64,000 nt of DNA from Podarcis liolepis (GCA_965112155.1 OZ218114.1); one strand, 5' to 3'. Counted from the first letter of the stretch, positions 37,219-51,692 are shown. Numbers and translations are program-made. The notes: generated from the sequence alone by a model not told the origin.

Positions 37219-37444
37219 CAGTGGTACCTCGGGTTATGTACTTAATTCATTCCGGAGGTCCGTTCTTAACCTGAAACTGTTCTTAACCTGAAGCCCCACT
37301 TTAGCTAATGGGGCCTCCCACTGCTGCCACGCCGCCGGAGCACAATTTCTGTTCTCATCCTGAAGCAAAGTTCTTAACCCGAGGTACTATTTCTGGGTTA
37401 GCAGAGTCTGTAACCTGAAGCGTCTGTAACCCGAGGTACCACTG
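37219..37444. mobile_element. Tc1/mariner (pogo/Tigger-like) MITE, 226 bp, copy 2
   Basis: Same termini, TA TSD and length as 6485-6710. Confidence 0.88.
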
Positions 37445-38443
37445 TAAACCGGGGGGGGGGGGAGAGAGAAATGTGGCCCTTCCAGGCTTTCTATCTGGCC
37501 CTTGGGTCTCTCCCCAGCCACATCCATCACCAGCCCTGCTTGGGGTTTATTGCATGGCTGGAATGTGCCCTTGAGCTCTGATAGTAACTCTTGCTCACCT
37601 AGACTGAGGATAGAGTGGTGTGTCTGAGTTTGTGTGGAAACTAGCTCACCGTAGAAACATTCTCGTTCTTCTCACTTTTGCCTCTGGCCCTGCTGACCAC
37701 TGGCATGTGGCTCTTGGAATGTCGCCCAGAAGAAAATGTGCCCTCAGGCTGAAAATTGTCCCCCTCAGCTCCTATGTTCATGATTCTTCTCTAAAATGGA
37801 TCTGGGTAGATGCCTAAAATCCAGTGGTCACCCAACTCTCCCTCATTTTGCCGTCTTTACCTCCCAGTTGAGTTTTCCCAGGTTAAAACAGAAAACAAAC
37901 ACCTTCCCCCTGTCCTTCTGTTTGTCTCTTCTAGGGCATTTGCAAAATGCCTCTCCTGCTGCTCTTCACCTTGCCTTAAACCCGCAAATGGGAAGAGTAA
38001 ATGAGAAGCTCGAATCCATGAAATGAAAAGCCAAAGTTAATTAGTTCCTATCAGCATGATTACAGAATGCTTCGGGGACCGAGCACCTAATTGTGCAGAA
38101 AGTCCCATTTTGGGTGATTAAGTTAAAAGCAAGTCTTTTACGGGGCACAATAACTAGCCTCCCCGTGTCTCTTCCCTTCCTGGGCGTGGAGCACAATCAG
38201 CAAATAGGGCTGCTACCAGTCTGCGTGGGAAAGAACATTGTGGTCGTTCCAGCTAGCTTGTGATCCGATTGCAAAGCCCTCACTTTGCAAGAGGTGAAAT
38301 GTGACAGGGCCTATGGGTGCCAGTGTTATGTGATGATAAGGAACTGTGCATTTTGATGAAGCACGCTTGGTAATCCACTTTGTCTAGCCTGCTGCAAGAT
38401 TGACACCAGACACCTAAATGTAAGGACCAGAAATATCCCCTTA

Positions 38444-38897
38444 GAAACAGCCTTTCTAGAAAAGCTAACCAATAGACTGAAACTGACACGGGGAGAAATA
38501 GAAGAGGATGCCTTCACTCCAGTATGGCTCCCCTTCATCACATACACAGCCCAACAAGACAATAACACGAACCCACTGACAGCGTATGATTCAATATGAC
38601 ACATGCACAAACAAATCCCATTGCAGTCAACCAAAGACAATCAACCACACCCTAGGCCACCCCAACATCTCTCATCACCAAGGAAACATAACAAGGGAAT
38701 AGAAAGAGAACCTATCTAAGTGATACTGACACAAAAAACCCATGTATACACTAAGTAAAAGAACACAGGCTTTACCACCCCACCCCCTCTCTCCCACCCC
38801 CCTTTTCTTCCCAACCCTATACTGCATATATCACCAATGTCTCACAACAAATGTAACTGATCTGTAGAAAAGAGATCTGAAGAAAGAGACAATGCAT
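38444..38897 (+). mobile_element. L1-clade LINE 3' fragment (ORF2 C-terminus plus 3' UTR)
   Basis: 38444-38599 translates ETAFLEKLTNRLKLTRGEIEEDAFTPVWLPFITYTAQQDNNTNPLTAYDSI*. This shows the EKLT...F..W.PF..Y pattern of non-mammalian L1 ORF2 ends, and an A/C-rich UTR follows. Confidence 0.65.
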
Positions 38898-39263
38898 GTG
38901 CCACGCCACGCCCCCAGGTAGCCAACCAACCAGGTGGAGGCTTGGGGGCGGGGTTTAGCCACTCAAATGCAGCCGCAGCAGCACTTCCCTTCCATTCCGC
39001 TGCACGACCCCCAGTGACATCAGGGGGAGCTTTCAGTTGTATTTGCATCAACAGGCTCCTCCCACTGGTGGTTAACCCTTGTTAGACTCACCCCTCCCTG
39101 AGGGGGTGGAGTCACGCTCTGTTGTTTTATCCAATGCCTAAGCCAATACCTCTCACATGCTGTAATCAATAAAGTTGTGGCCTTTTTTAGCCCATTAACC
39201 TAATATACTGTGTCCATGTGTCTTTCCTATCCCCAAGCAGGTGGTGGGTCCTTGAATCACAAC
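38898..39263 (+). mobile_element. Second DIRS/Ngaro-like or LTR terminal-repeat fragment
   Basis: Motifs shared with 33470-33864, including aataaagttgtggcc. Confidence 0.5.
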
Positions 39264-41993
39264 AAGTTGAGGGGCATCAAATTGGTTTGGACCACTACAA
39301 AAAGCAGATCAAGCCAATTCCTCCTCCATCTCCTGTAGTGATGGATCGGGATCCTGGTTCATTGGCCTGAACCAGCTGGCCTCTTCTAATGTTATTATCG
39401 CTGTGTTGGAATGGAGGATGCCTTGCTGAGTGCCAGCTCAGAGGTCACACAGAAGAACAGAAGCCAGACTCCTCTAAAGCCACTCCACACCTTCATTTGA
39501 ATCTGTGTGAAGAATGTGTTTGGGTGCCTGTCATTTATTTATTTCCTCCATGCTGGATGATTATATGAATTAAAACCCATGGCAGGCTTTGTACCTGAAC
39601 ACAGTGAGATTCAATGAAGACATATCTGAGAATACAGAGCGGCCTTCCCCCTCCCCACCCCCAGCTCCAAAAGGAACACTCTGGAGAGGAAGCAAAGCCT
39701 TAAGAAGGCAGCTGCTGTGGGAGCTGCCAGCAGATGTTCTCCTTTATGGACAATGATGAACCAGTAATTAGAGCAAGGAAGAGTTTGCATCCGACAGCCG
39801 AGAAGTTAGTTATACTGACAGTTCTGTAAGGGATAATTCAAGGAAGACGCAAATGACTGCAAGGAATGCAGCCATTCCTGTTAACAGCCTTCACAAAGAC
39901 CACCTGGGAGAATGGGAGTTTCTCATCTACTAGTCAAACCACAAGAGATCAGCACATGCCTTGCAAACAGGCCAAGCTGGAGTCCCATGTAGTTCTCAAG
40001 TGTGTATCGAAATATGGGTGAGTCTGAGAACCAGGGTGGATCAACCAAAGAGGAAGCAAAAATGTCAGAGGAGTTGTCAGAGCAGAAATGGTCCCGGTGG
40101 GGTTGGAGAGGAACAGAGATGGAGGAAGCAAGAGGAAGGGTTGGACAGGGCTGGAGTCTGTGGTCCAAAGCCTTAAGAGGGGAGAGTGTGGCCCATTCAA
40201 GGGAGGAGACAGTAGGGGGGGTAATGCAAATGTTTGCAGCAGAAGGTGGGGTTAAGGGTTTTGATTCTAGGAAAAGAACCTCAAGGAAGATCTCCTTGTA
40301 GGGGGAGAAAGTGGGCCAGTAGCTCAAAGCTTGATGGGGCAGAGAAATCCTAGAGAGCAAGCAAGGTAAGAAAGGGATCAGGCTGAAGTGACCACCGTAC
40401 CTGCTCCTATGATGAGTAGTAAAGCTTGCTTTTCTGTGAGTGAAAACAGGGGACTTTATGACATGGCATTATCTCACACAAGTCTTGAGGGGACAGGATG
40501 TTTCCAACATTCTCCTCTTCCAACTTTCTCCACAGAGTTTGGAGTTCCAAATGGTCCGATCTGGTCAGGAAAGTGGAACTAATGCAGTAGAAATCCTCCA
40601 TTGTTCTTTTCTTTTAAACTTTTCAAAATAGGGATACTTGAAAATGTGAACACCCTTGTTCATTTCCTTGTGGGTGCCCTACCAACACTCTTGAGCCTTT
40701 TGCAATTGCCCAAACTGAGTGCATGCAAAAGCCTGACTCTTTCTGATCAAACTAAAGTGATGTTCATGCACCAACTGGACACAACTCCCCGATCCTCTGT
40801 GCTTTTCCTCCCTCATGTTTACTGATTGCACACTGCTACAGCACCACAGAAAAACAATATTGCTGCACATGATTCTCTGCAAATTATTTTGTGTGCGATG
40901 TTTTACCAACCCACAACCCACCTTTCCTCCAGGGAACAAAAAGTGGGATACATTGTTCTCCCACACAAACATTTTTATTTCCCAAGAACCCAGTGTGGTA
41001 GTTAGGCTAAGAAACATCCAGTGAGATTTGAACCTGAGTCTCCCCAACACAACGCTCTACCCTCTCTACTGCAATGACTCTTGAGGAGGGGTGGGAAAAG
41101 CTACAAAGAGAAGACAATGATGTGCAGCAGCTAGAGATAAGAAGTATTGCTCTATGTAATAAAATAAATCCATTTGAAACAACAGCAAAATGAAAGGCTG
41201 AAGAAACAACCTCTCTCTCTATTTCTTCAAAAAACTGTATTATGCTGAGTCGGACCCTTGGCCCATCCAGTTCAGTGTTGTCCACATGTTTGCAGACAGT
41301 GAGTCTTTCCCAAATCTGCCTGTTGGGGATTGAAACTGGGACCTTCTGTATGCAAAGCGGATGTTCTAGCACTGAGCTGTGGTCCTTCCCTTCATGGCTA
41401 ATGGCACCATAGACCTACCACCCCCACCTAATGCAACCAAAGTCCTCTCCATGATAGCCCTGCCTATAGACACCCCCCTTTTCTGGCTCCTAAACCTTTA
41501 TTGTGACATTTCCTCTGTCACATCCCTTGGGAGTCCCTTACTGTTGCTCTTTCTACTATCCAGCCAGCTTCATTATCTCTCTCCTTGGCTTGAGGCCATT
41601 ACTCTTTGTCCTATGATTTTCAGAGATCACGGGCAATTCCTTACTTTCATTTATATTGTTGCCTTGCAGGTATTTATAGATTGCGATGGTGTTGCCCAGG
41701 GCTGTTTCTGGACTATATAAATTTCCCTCTTGCAGCAGTTCTTGAGATGACTTACCCTGTAATCCTAGTGTCATTCCTCCCCTGCCTGCTGCCCCTGCGG
41801 CTGTTGCTACTTTCCCCTCTTTCCTCCTTAAACAAAGCAATATTTCAGGTGTGGAAGCTGCACGGCTGTGCTCCACACAGATTGTACAGTTCTCTTAAAT
41901 GAATCAGAACCCTTATATAAATCAGTTGCAGGGCAAACATTTCCCAATCATTTGTCTCCCCTGTTGCTCCTTTCTGTCTGTTAAAATTACCAA

Positions 41994-42276
41994 GGGATAG
42001 TTCTGTCAGAAGAGCATGAGATTCTTAATCTCAGGGTTGAGGAATTGAGCCCCATGTTGGATGAAATATCCCTGTACTGTAGGTGGTTGGACTAGATCAG
42101 TCATTCTCAACCTGTGGGTCCCCAGATGTTGCTGAACTACAAATCCCATCACCCCTAGCTAGCAAGGCCAGAGCTCAGGGATGATGAGAGTTGCAGTCCA
42201 ACAACATCTGGAGACCCTCAGAGAACCTCTAGACTAGACTATCCTCGTGGTCTCTTTCCAACTCTACAATTCTATG
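41994..42276 (+). mobile_element. tRNA-Lys(CTT)-derived SINE with CR1-type tail, interrupted by a hAT MITE (42098-42231)
   Basis: Head gagcatgagattcttaatctcagggttg..gagccccatgttgg resembles tRNA-Lys-CTT; tail ttccaactctacaattctatg. The MITE is flanked by an 8-bp TSD gactagat / gactagac. Confidence 0.72.
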
Positions 42277-43136
42277 AATTGGGGAGGGGGAGGCACCCAC
42301 AAGATTACGCAATGCCTTCATATGGAAAGTGGCTTAAAAGCCACATAGCTAGCAAAGAACACTATTTGAGAAGCCTTGCTGGATATCACATTACAATGTA
42401 TGTTGCATTTTTCTCCTTCAACTTTTTCTTCTTATTTTTAATGCAGAGTTCAAGCTGAGGATCAGACTTGGAAGGTCAAATGATGTCCTGGACATGCCCA
42501 TTACTGACTTTCATGCTGATATATCAGCCTTCAAGGCAGAATTTATCTTTTTGCTTCAAAATTTGGGGGGCACTGGAAGGGGAGGGTGAAAAGTTTACCA
42601 AAGCTGCTCCCTTAGCTGCCCCCCACTACTTGTTCAAAGGCAATGAAGGGAAGGGCTGAAGTTCAGTGGCAGAATATATGGTACCAGATTCAGTTCCTGC
42701 TGCCTCCTGGTAGGGCTAAGAGAGACCCCTGCCTGAAGCAACACAGTCAGTAAGTATAGACAATGCTCAGCTAGGTGGACCCATGATAGCTTCCAGTGTT
42801 CCTAACTTGTGTACAAAACTCACAACTATAACTCACAACACTATGTCCAAGCAAACTGCAGTTCTTCATTAGCACCACTACCAACAACACATCCAAGCTA
42901 CTTGAGAGGCCATACCTTAGTGGTAGAGTGTTTGCTCTGCATGCAGAAAATCTCATGTTCAATCCCTGGCCTCTCCAGGTAGGTATGGGAGAGACTCCTG
43001 CCTGAAATCCTGGAGTGATGCTGCCAGTCATGTGGACTATACTGAGCTAATCTAAACCCTGATTTGGCATTGTGCAGTTTCCTATGTTCCTATGATGGCT
43101 AGAGATCTATGGGGTATAGGTAGGGCGGTATGCAAA

Positions 43137-43137
<1 letters not shown>

Positions 43138-43179
<42 letters not shown>
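43138..43179. repeat. (ACT)14 microsatellite
   Basis: Read directly from the sequence. Confidence 0.95.
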
Positions 43180-43180
<1 letters not shown>

Positions 43181-43418
43181 GTGATCTAGAGATACCCAGT
43201 GACTGGTAGTCTCTTCCACTCTGTTCTGTCCCCCTAGGTATCCTTAAAGCAGCCTTCCCCAACCTGTGCCCTTCCAGATATTGTTGGATTACAACTCTCA
43301 TCATGGCTGATAGACATAGTAGTCCAAAATATCTGGGATGTACCAGGCTGAGAAAGACTGCCTTAGAGTGATGGCAGATTGCCCTTACTCTGTCATAAAG
43401 CCAATCTCCCTCTCTATC

Positions 43419-43460
<42 letters not shown>
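43419..43460. repeat. (ATCT)10 / GATA-type microsatellite
   Basis: Read directly from the sequence. Confidence 0.95.
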
Positions 43461-43461
<1 letters not shown>

Positions 43462-46400
43462 ATCTGTTGATTGCATTTATATTCCACTTTTTCTCCAAGG
43501 AGTTCATGATTCTCATTTATTCCTCATTTATTCCCAACAACAACCCTGAGAGGTAGGTTGGGCTGGGAGGTAAAGACTGGTCCATGATCACCCCATGATT
43601 TTCGTAGCCAAGTGGGGGAATTGTTGACCACTTCACTCTCTTTCACAGTTCTCGCCGCAAATCACCAAATGACCATCCCTCACAACTTTACACCCAGAAA
43701 ATGAGGTAGGGAAACTGGGGAACTGGTATTTAAGCAAGAGATGCAAAATTGCTTCCTGAACGTTTATATAAAATCTTATCTTGCTATTTTGAAGTGAATG
43801 AGCATTCTCGAGCAAGCAGAATAACAAGCAGACTAGTTAAACCACAGGCCTTTGCTTGGCCAATTAACTGAAGGAAATTCAGTACTGCAAGGCATAATGA
43901 CAGATACTGGTTTAGGTGGCTTTCTAAAAGGATGAAACAATTTCATACAAGAAATTGAGTGAGTTTATAGTATTCCACAGAACACACTATAAAAAGGTTG
44001 GAGGCTAGTTCTGTGGCCTTGGGTGTAGCTGCAGGTAGTTGTGATCCTCTAGCTGCACCTGCATGATCCTAGACTGTCAACTGGAATAAGAAGGCATGGA
44101 CATATTAATTCAGTAAGTAGTAAGAATAATAAATAATAACACTGGCTCTGGCACAACTGCCCAGACTCAGAGATCATCATCTGAGGCCCTTCTCAAGGTC
44201 TGGGCAGTTGTGCCACAACATGATGGGGAAAGGCAAGGCAGTGAGAGAGATGTGTGGGAATGTTGAGGGTGGAAGGAGATGATATATTGTTTATTAATAT
44301 CTTTCCTAACTTGTGCTAGCAAGTTTCTTCACTTAGCAGAGTGCATTCCCTTTCTTACGCAGCAGAAAGCTGGTTGCAAACACGTGTGAGTTTCTTAAGA
44401 CAATAAGCAATTCAATCTGGCTTTTCCAGATTGAGATATGTTCTAATATTCCTGGTAAGACCCCTTTTGAATCCCTCCTAAAAGAATAAAGACACCAAGC
44501 CTTATTCATAAGTAACAAAATGTAGTCTTACTCATGATCTGGCAGAGCACAGTGTGATCACTGAAGGCAGGCTTTAGGCTTAAAGTTACAAACATGTACA
44601 AACAGGTTTACCCCCATATGGGAGATAACCTGGGGGACTGCTGTGGCAGCCAGAAGTCCAGTCCAGGTGATGCAGGAAGCAGGCAGGACGTACAGGAAGG
44701 TCGAAAAAAAAGGGAAGAGGTAGCAGCATGACTTGGCCTTTTACCAGGTCTGGAAAGGTCACGCTCACCTAGTAGTCAACTGCAAGGAAGGATGCTCTAG
44801 GCCAGGAGGAACAGGAAGTTTCGACTGGCTGGATCAACATCCCCTGCATGACCACTCTAGCAAAACAGGTAATGTTGTACTTGACTGCTCCCAGTGGATT
44901 ACATCCCACAAGATGGAATGCCAATCTAGTAGGAAGACCGTATGAGGCAGTTGCTCCAAATCCTGCCACCTCTGAGGGAGGTCTGGATGGTGACAATGAG
45001 AGAACAGGGCCTTTTCTGCAGTAGTTGCTTATCTATGGAATGTTCTCCCCAGGAAGGCCCTCCATCGTTTCAGCACCCGGCAAAGACCTTTTTGTTTTCC
45101 TGGGCATTTTGGGACAGCACCAATGCTGAGTAGTTTTTTTTATTTTGACCATGTTTTTAATATGTTTGTATATTTTTATTATTGCATTTTATTATTGCTT
45201 TGGGACTTTTTGTTGTTCAGTAAGGTTCAATAAACTTAGCCTATCTTGTTGTTCATACATCTTGCCGCACCACCTCTCTAATTATCCATCCATTTTTCTT
45301 TCTCTCTACATACACAAGATCAGGACAAGAAGCCACATTTCAACTGTTTTAGTTCATAGGGATCTCCTCCTGTGGTGTTAAAGGAAGGCCTTGCAGATCA
45401 AGGAGTTTTTGTGAAAGTTTCCCTATCAGGAGCTGATCAGCAGGCTGCCTTCCTTAATCAGCTACCCCTCCTTTGCTGTCACACAGTTTGAGGCTTTCTC
45501 CCATCTGACATCTGGGAGTTTAGCTTAGCAGAGGAAAAACCCCAAACCATTTCACACCTTTCAGTGCCTGCCTTCTGCGATGGAAATAGGTGTTTTCACA
45601 GTCCCCGAGTCTCTCACATTCTCAGGATTGCTTCTTGGGCTCTAATTCATGTGGCCAAAGAGTTGGAGATAAATATATCCTTTCCCTAGTCATAACACCA
45701 GAAAAAAAATTCAGCTACTGTCTCTCTGCTCAAACTGTCAGCTAGACAAGTTTCTCAAGGGCTAGAAAGTAACAGAGTGTGGTTGGTTTTTTCCCCTGGA
45801 AAGGGTGGTAAAAGGAGCACAGAGAGAAAAGCAGCAAAGAGATAACTCTATCTGCCCTCCCTCCCATCATGGCGAATTCATGAATGATTGCAGAATTCCA
45901 CCTTTTGCTGTTGCAGGGTATCAGTTTTGTTGGCACAGAATTTAAATCTCTCTCACACACTTATGTACACTGCAGAGTGTACATAGCCCTGAATATAGAA
46001 GTATAAATCTCAGAATATCTTCTCATTATCCTTTAGCTCCTCCCTTTCAATACACATCACTCACAGTGCTATTTTAAATGCACCCTGCCAATAAATACAG
46101 ATCTCAAATAAATTTTGATGAAAACGGAAACTAGAGTGGAAATCGCCGGTGTTCGCTTACACATCCCATGTCTCCAACAAAAATCAGTCTAGTGAATGCA
46201 ATCAGTATTCACTGCTGTTTCTGTTACTGCTGCTGCTAATGTTTTCAGTCCACAAATGATATCTCTGGGCACCCTGTCCGGGATTGGGTCCTTGGCAAAT
46301 GTCCAGTCATGTTGAACCTTGGCGTTGATCCTGTGGATATCCCAATCAATTTTCTATCAGCAATCATCCCAATTTCTTCAGAGTTTTCTTCTTTTCAGGT

Positions 46401-47399
46401 ATGTCATACTGACCATAAAGTCTCTTGCAGTGCTTTTTCTCTCTCTTCATCCAAATTTCTGATGTGTCACCCTCACTCCTTTCTTTTCTGCTGCTTTTCT
46501 TGCCCACATTTCTAACCTTTCTCAGTCCCTATATATTAGTTTATTTGTTTTCCTCCTGTTCTCCCAGGGGCATCAGAGAAGCACCTCCCAACTCCATATT
46601 TTCTGCTAATCTAATTGGCGTGCATGATGGAGGAAGAAAACACATTTCTACCAGGAAACTGGTTTCTAGTTTCAGGCTTCAAAGGAGATTTTATAAGCAA
46701 TAGTGTGAAAACGGTGATTAAAAATATGGGGCGGGGGGGCTTGGCTGAGCCTTTTTAAAGTATTCAACATTTATACATAAAGGTTGAAAAGGATTCTGAT
46801 AAAAAGCCTTTCCTCCCAAGGAACAGCATTTTTTATGATTTGACGGATTACTTTTCAGAGAGTGCAAGTTGGAAAACAAACAAGAAAAAAATATGGCTTA
46901 TGGCAGAGTGAGGAAACTTGTGGCCTTCTAGAGGCTGTCAGACTCCAACACCCATCAGCCTGAGCCAGCAAGGTCTAAGACCAAGGATGATGGGAGTTGT
47001 AGTTCAGTAAGAGCTGAAGGGCCACAAGTTCTCCACCCTGGCTTATGGAATCCATTGCCACAAGATGTGGCTTATAAAGGGTTAAAGAAATTCAAGGAGA
47101 TTCCTAGCACATTCATATTATTTGATGTTTCAAACTGCCTTGAATAGCTGAGTGTTCCAGATCAGCCTCTTATAGAGTCAACAGGCCAAGCTCCACCAAA
47201 ACTGGACTCTTGTTATTCCATCCTCAAGCAAAGTCTGTTATTCGGTCACCCAGGAGAGGGCCTTCTTGGTGGTGGTGTTGTGGCTCTGGAACACTTTCCT
47301 CTTCTAGTTCAATGACTGCCTTTTATACGTATAGCTGTGTTTTTAGATTTGCATTGGATGTTCTCAATTGCTTTTAAGTCGCTATGAGAAAAGGCACTA

Positions 47400-47625
47400 C
47401 AGTGGTACCTCAGGTTAAGCACTTAATTCATTCCAGAGGTCCGTACTTAACCTGAAACTGTACTTAACCTGAAGCACCACTTTAGCTAATGGGGCCTCCT
47501 GCTGCTGCCGCACCACCGGAGCAAGATTTCTGTTCTCATCCTGAAGCAAAGTTCTTAACCTGAAGCACTATTTTTGGGTTAGCGGAGTCTGTAACCTGAA
47601 GCGTCTGTAACCCGAGGTACCACTG
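47400..47625. mobile_element. Tc1/mariner (pogo/Tigger-like) MITE, 226 bp, copy 3
   Basis: Same termini, TA TSD and length as 6485-6710. Confidence 0.88.
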
Positions 47626-50600
47626 TACTAAATATTGTAAAATTATTATTACTGTCAATAATAATGCCACCGCCACCACCAGCATTAAGAACAACAACAA
47701 CAATTTTAGGCACCATTGGAAGTGACATCTTTGGTAGGGAGGGGTCATGACTGAGGCGAGGTTAGCATTTTGGCAGGAACAGATTGAGTGTGAATCATTT
47801 GATGCGAATTGTAAATGGTTCTGGTTTTATTAGAACCCGCTCCCTTAGTATCACTGTGTGCTGGTGGGTGGGGTATAGATCAGGCAAATAAATCCCATGA
47901 AGATAAATGATGCAGCTGCCTCCATTAGGTAGTTTTTGGTGTTATGCAAGTGGCTAATTGTTGCTTATTTATTTGTTAGTTATTATTGCCATATGTTTAT
48001 TATCAGAAATTGGGAGGGGCACTTGTGGGATTTGCTCAAAATAATCTGACTGCGGGGATGCCAGAAGACAGCAATTTCCATTCCAACCTGCCTTTGTCAC
48101 AATTAGCCCTGTTTCTGTTCTGCTGCAGTTTGATTTCTGCCAAATACTATGTTATTTCTCTCACCACAAGACAGCATGATCTATGTAATCATTTCCAGAA
48201 TTTATGTAAGTTGTGAAATGATACAACTATTTCCACACCATACATTTCAACGTCAATGAAATGCAAGTGGAATTTAAATGGGGGAAAGGTAATCAATTGC
48301 ATATTGTTTGCAGGCTGAAAAGAAGATCAGCAGCAAATATTGATCAGTATTCACTGGATTTCCATCCTGCACATGGGATGGAATACATGAACAGTCACTG
48401 GCAGTTTCCACTAGTTTTCCATTAGAATTCTCTGACATCCCGACTTGACTGAAGCACCAAGACTAGGGGAGGCGATGTCAATGGGCCAGCCCTAAAGGTA
48501 TGTGTTACTGGATGTCCTCTCTGGAAGATGGTTCATTTACAAATGCATAGGTTGAGCAGATAGGAAGCAAGCATTCACACAGACAGGAGTAATTCCAAAG
48601 CAATACCAGACCAACCTCCTAACATTCTCTCAAGCTGCTTCTTAGCCAGGAGCCTATTAGGAACCTTCCCCGCAGCAACTCCAAACTCAAATGATTTTCT
48701 TCTCTTAGTCTCCTTGCCATGAATGATCGGTCTGCTGCTCGCTTTGTTCTTCTCACCGAAATGCAACTTCTCAGTATGCAAAAAAAAGGGGGGAGGGGGG
48801 GAGCTGGTAATGTTGGTGGAGGCGATTCAACACAGCAATACAATTATTTGGCTCCCTTGCAATCTGTATGTTAATTTCTGCAACGTTTATAAATGGAGTT
48901 CATGTTAACGTACAATCACCTGGATTTCTTTGCCTCTTTGCCACTTTTATTTGGTGTGAGAGGTTTTCCATTATTATCAGCTCCTATTCTTTTGTCAATC
49001 CGCAGATTATATGTTGACAGAGCTGTTCCTGTCCAAAACCTAGCAATTACAAGTTTCCCAGCCAGAAGCAAAAATCATTGGGCATTAAATAAAATGTCAA
49101 AACCGTATTTAAAATTTCTTAGTTCTTGATTTCTCTCTCTCCAAACTAGTGGAGGAACACCAGCTGCATTATTTTTGGTACTTTAATGTATGAGATTAAG
49201 GGTGGGGGAGAAATTCTGTTTGTGTTTAAGGGTGTGTTTATGAAATTCTCACTTTTCAAAAGAATATAAGAGCTGAAACATAGCCACCCTTCAAAATTCG
49301 CACTTACCCAAATTTAGTTTTTCAATCAATGTTTACAAAAAGTGAACATATTAAGGATAGTGTGCGTAAAAGCGAATCTGTTATAAATGCATTGTAATGG
49401 GGTGAATGGCTAGCAAAAATGTGTACAATACGCAAAACTGCATACAAAAAAAATGTATCTACTAGGAGAAACTCACACTAAAATGCTGAAGAATTTTCAA
49501 GAGGATTTTTTTTACATAGCAAATTGCTGTAGAAATATGAGAAATGCATTTAAGATTAGAAAAATGATAAACTGGGAGTACTGACAACAGCTGTTGACAT
49601 CCTTCCATTCCTGTTTGAGATATTCCCTGTGTGAGATATTCCAGAAAGGCTGCAGCTTCTCACACAGTCATTGCATAGGCAAGTACTTTTGAAAACACAT
49701 GCCCTGTTTCCCCCCCCATTCCACCCTGATCAAGTGAACTAAGTTTGGAATGTGAACCAAGATGGAGCAGGAAGTTAGATAACTCCAGACTTCAGCAGGG
49801 CTTCCAGGACCACCACCATCCCACTTCACCACCCGTGCTGCCATGTACTCATTTCTAAAGAGCAGGGAGAGAGGTTTTATCTCCAGTCTCAGGCGGTGGG
49901 GCTAGCAGGACAATTTCCACAGCTTGCTGGGATGGCCCACAAGTTAGCAGCCTTGATTTCCATGTAAAAAGGGGCTGGGGTGGAGGCTAGGGACTTCTGT
50001 GTGTGTGTGTAGGCAAGTAGACATACCTGGCAACAGCCACAAGTAAGGCTATTCTATGGAAATCATTCTGCAGCTGTGGTGTGGAGAAGCTGACATGTCC
50101 ATCTCTTGAATATTTATCCTTCCAGTCAGACACACCACATTTTCCAAAGGAAGATTTTGAATGCAGAATTTGTTTCAAACTCTTTCTCATCCTGGTCAGC
50201 TAGCCCTTTCTCTTCCTCCTGGGGTGCATCTCTAAGAACCCCCGGCCCCTTTTGCTCAGAAGCATCTGCATAGATTGCCCTGTCTGTCTGTCTGGCTCTG
50301 AACCTCTTTGTTTGAATGAGCAATCTTTAAATTTTTCATCATTATATCTATTATTCAGCACCATAGATTTTCCCCTTTCTCATAGGCAGGTGATATTCTT
50401 TTATTTAGGTTGGAGGTTGCAGTCAATGAACCCAGCCGTTTTACATTCCAGATTGGGTTATTGGGAATATATTCCACATGTCCAACTGAACTCTCACTAT
50501 TCACCAAGAAGTTTAAGGTTAAATACCTGGTAAGTTGGACCCAGGAGTCATGTTCAAGTAAGAACTTAAAGAGATGTTTTGCTTGATTTAAGAGCAGCTT

Positions 50601-51692
50601 TGCAGATGAATTTTGCAAACCTACCTGTCTTTCTTCCTCTCTGGCCGCTACAAATTAGGAAAAGTATTGCAATCCTATCATAGCTACATAATATCTTCCT
50701 ATATTTCCAGCTATACAAGATTGAACTGCAAGGCTTCGATACTATGCTCACCTGGGAGTAAGCACTGTTGAACACAGCGAAACTTACCTGCAACCCTGCC
50801 CTTTACCTGAAAGTCCCAGAGCAGGTTACAGAATATTGCTTTGAGTTTGGTGGGGTGGGTAGACAGTATGCTAAGACCCTTCCAATTCCTGGATCCAGCT
50901 AGTGTTAAAATCTTAGCAAGGATTCAAATTCCTGGAATAGTCAGGATAGCTTCCTGGTGAGGTGATGGCTTCAGTATGGGCCATTAAGTTAGCAAAGGAA
51001 GTGGCTCTATGCCAGACAGCAAATGGATGGGCCCTCTTCCCTCAACTTGCTGGTAGTTAGATAGACAAAGGCCAGGGGGAGAGTTGAGTTATGTGAGCAG
51101 GCTTCAGTAGCTATATTTGATTTCTTTCGAAATCCAAGGCTGTGGCTATGGGAGAAACCAAACCCTCTCCAGGTGTTAATGCTGTGAACCCTTTCATCTT
51201 AGGCTCAGGTTGTATATATGTGTAAATAAACCATATATCATAAAGATAACAGTCTGCACTGTACCTCATTCCAAAGGAAACATGCACCCTAGGGAAGTAC
51301 CTGGAACCCCTGGAGCTTCTGAAGCCATGAGGGTCCCTTTGGTCTTAAGTGAGCAGTTCTTCTTCACACCAGCGCAAATTTCCAAAACCAGAACAGAGGT
51401 CTGAAAACATACCAAAAACCACTCAATCCACATGGCATCTTGCAAATATCTTAACATTTGTTGGAGTAGGGCAGGCATGGGGAATCACTGACTCTCCAGA
51501 TGTTGCTGAACTACAGCTCCCATAATCCCTGGCCATTGGCTATGCTTGCTGAGACTGAAGGGAACTGCAGTTCAGCAACCTGAACTACACTTGAAGTAAG
51601 GCCTTTTCTGTGGTGGCACTGAACCTATCAGATAACTTCCTTGATGAACTCCATCTACTGAACTTGTCTCCAGGAATTTAAATAATTTAGGA

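Noticed and set aside
33470-39263. A single intact retroelement bounded by the two related terminal repeats
   Set aside because: The repeats are too divergent in their spacers, and the interior has no gag, RT, integrase or recombinase ORF, only ordinary intron and unrelated repeats.
41994-42065. tRNA-Lys(CTT) gene
   Set aside because: The stems and B box are degenerate and it runs straight into a CR1-type tail, so it is a SINE head. The same applies to the tRNA-Ala-like heads.
50900-51370. Possible second solo LTR (aataaaccatatatcataaag)
   Set aside because: It has LTR-like content, but I could not define TG..CA ends or a TSD, so it is not listed as a feature.
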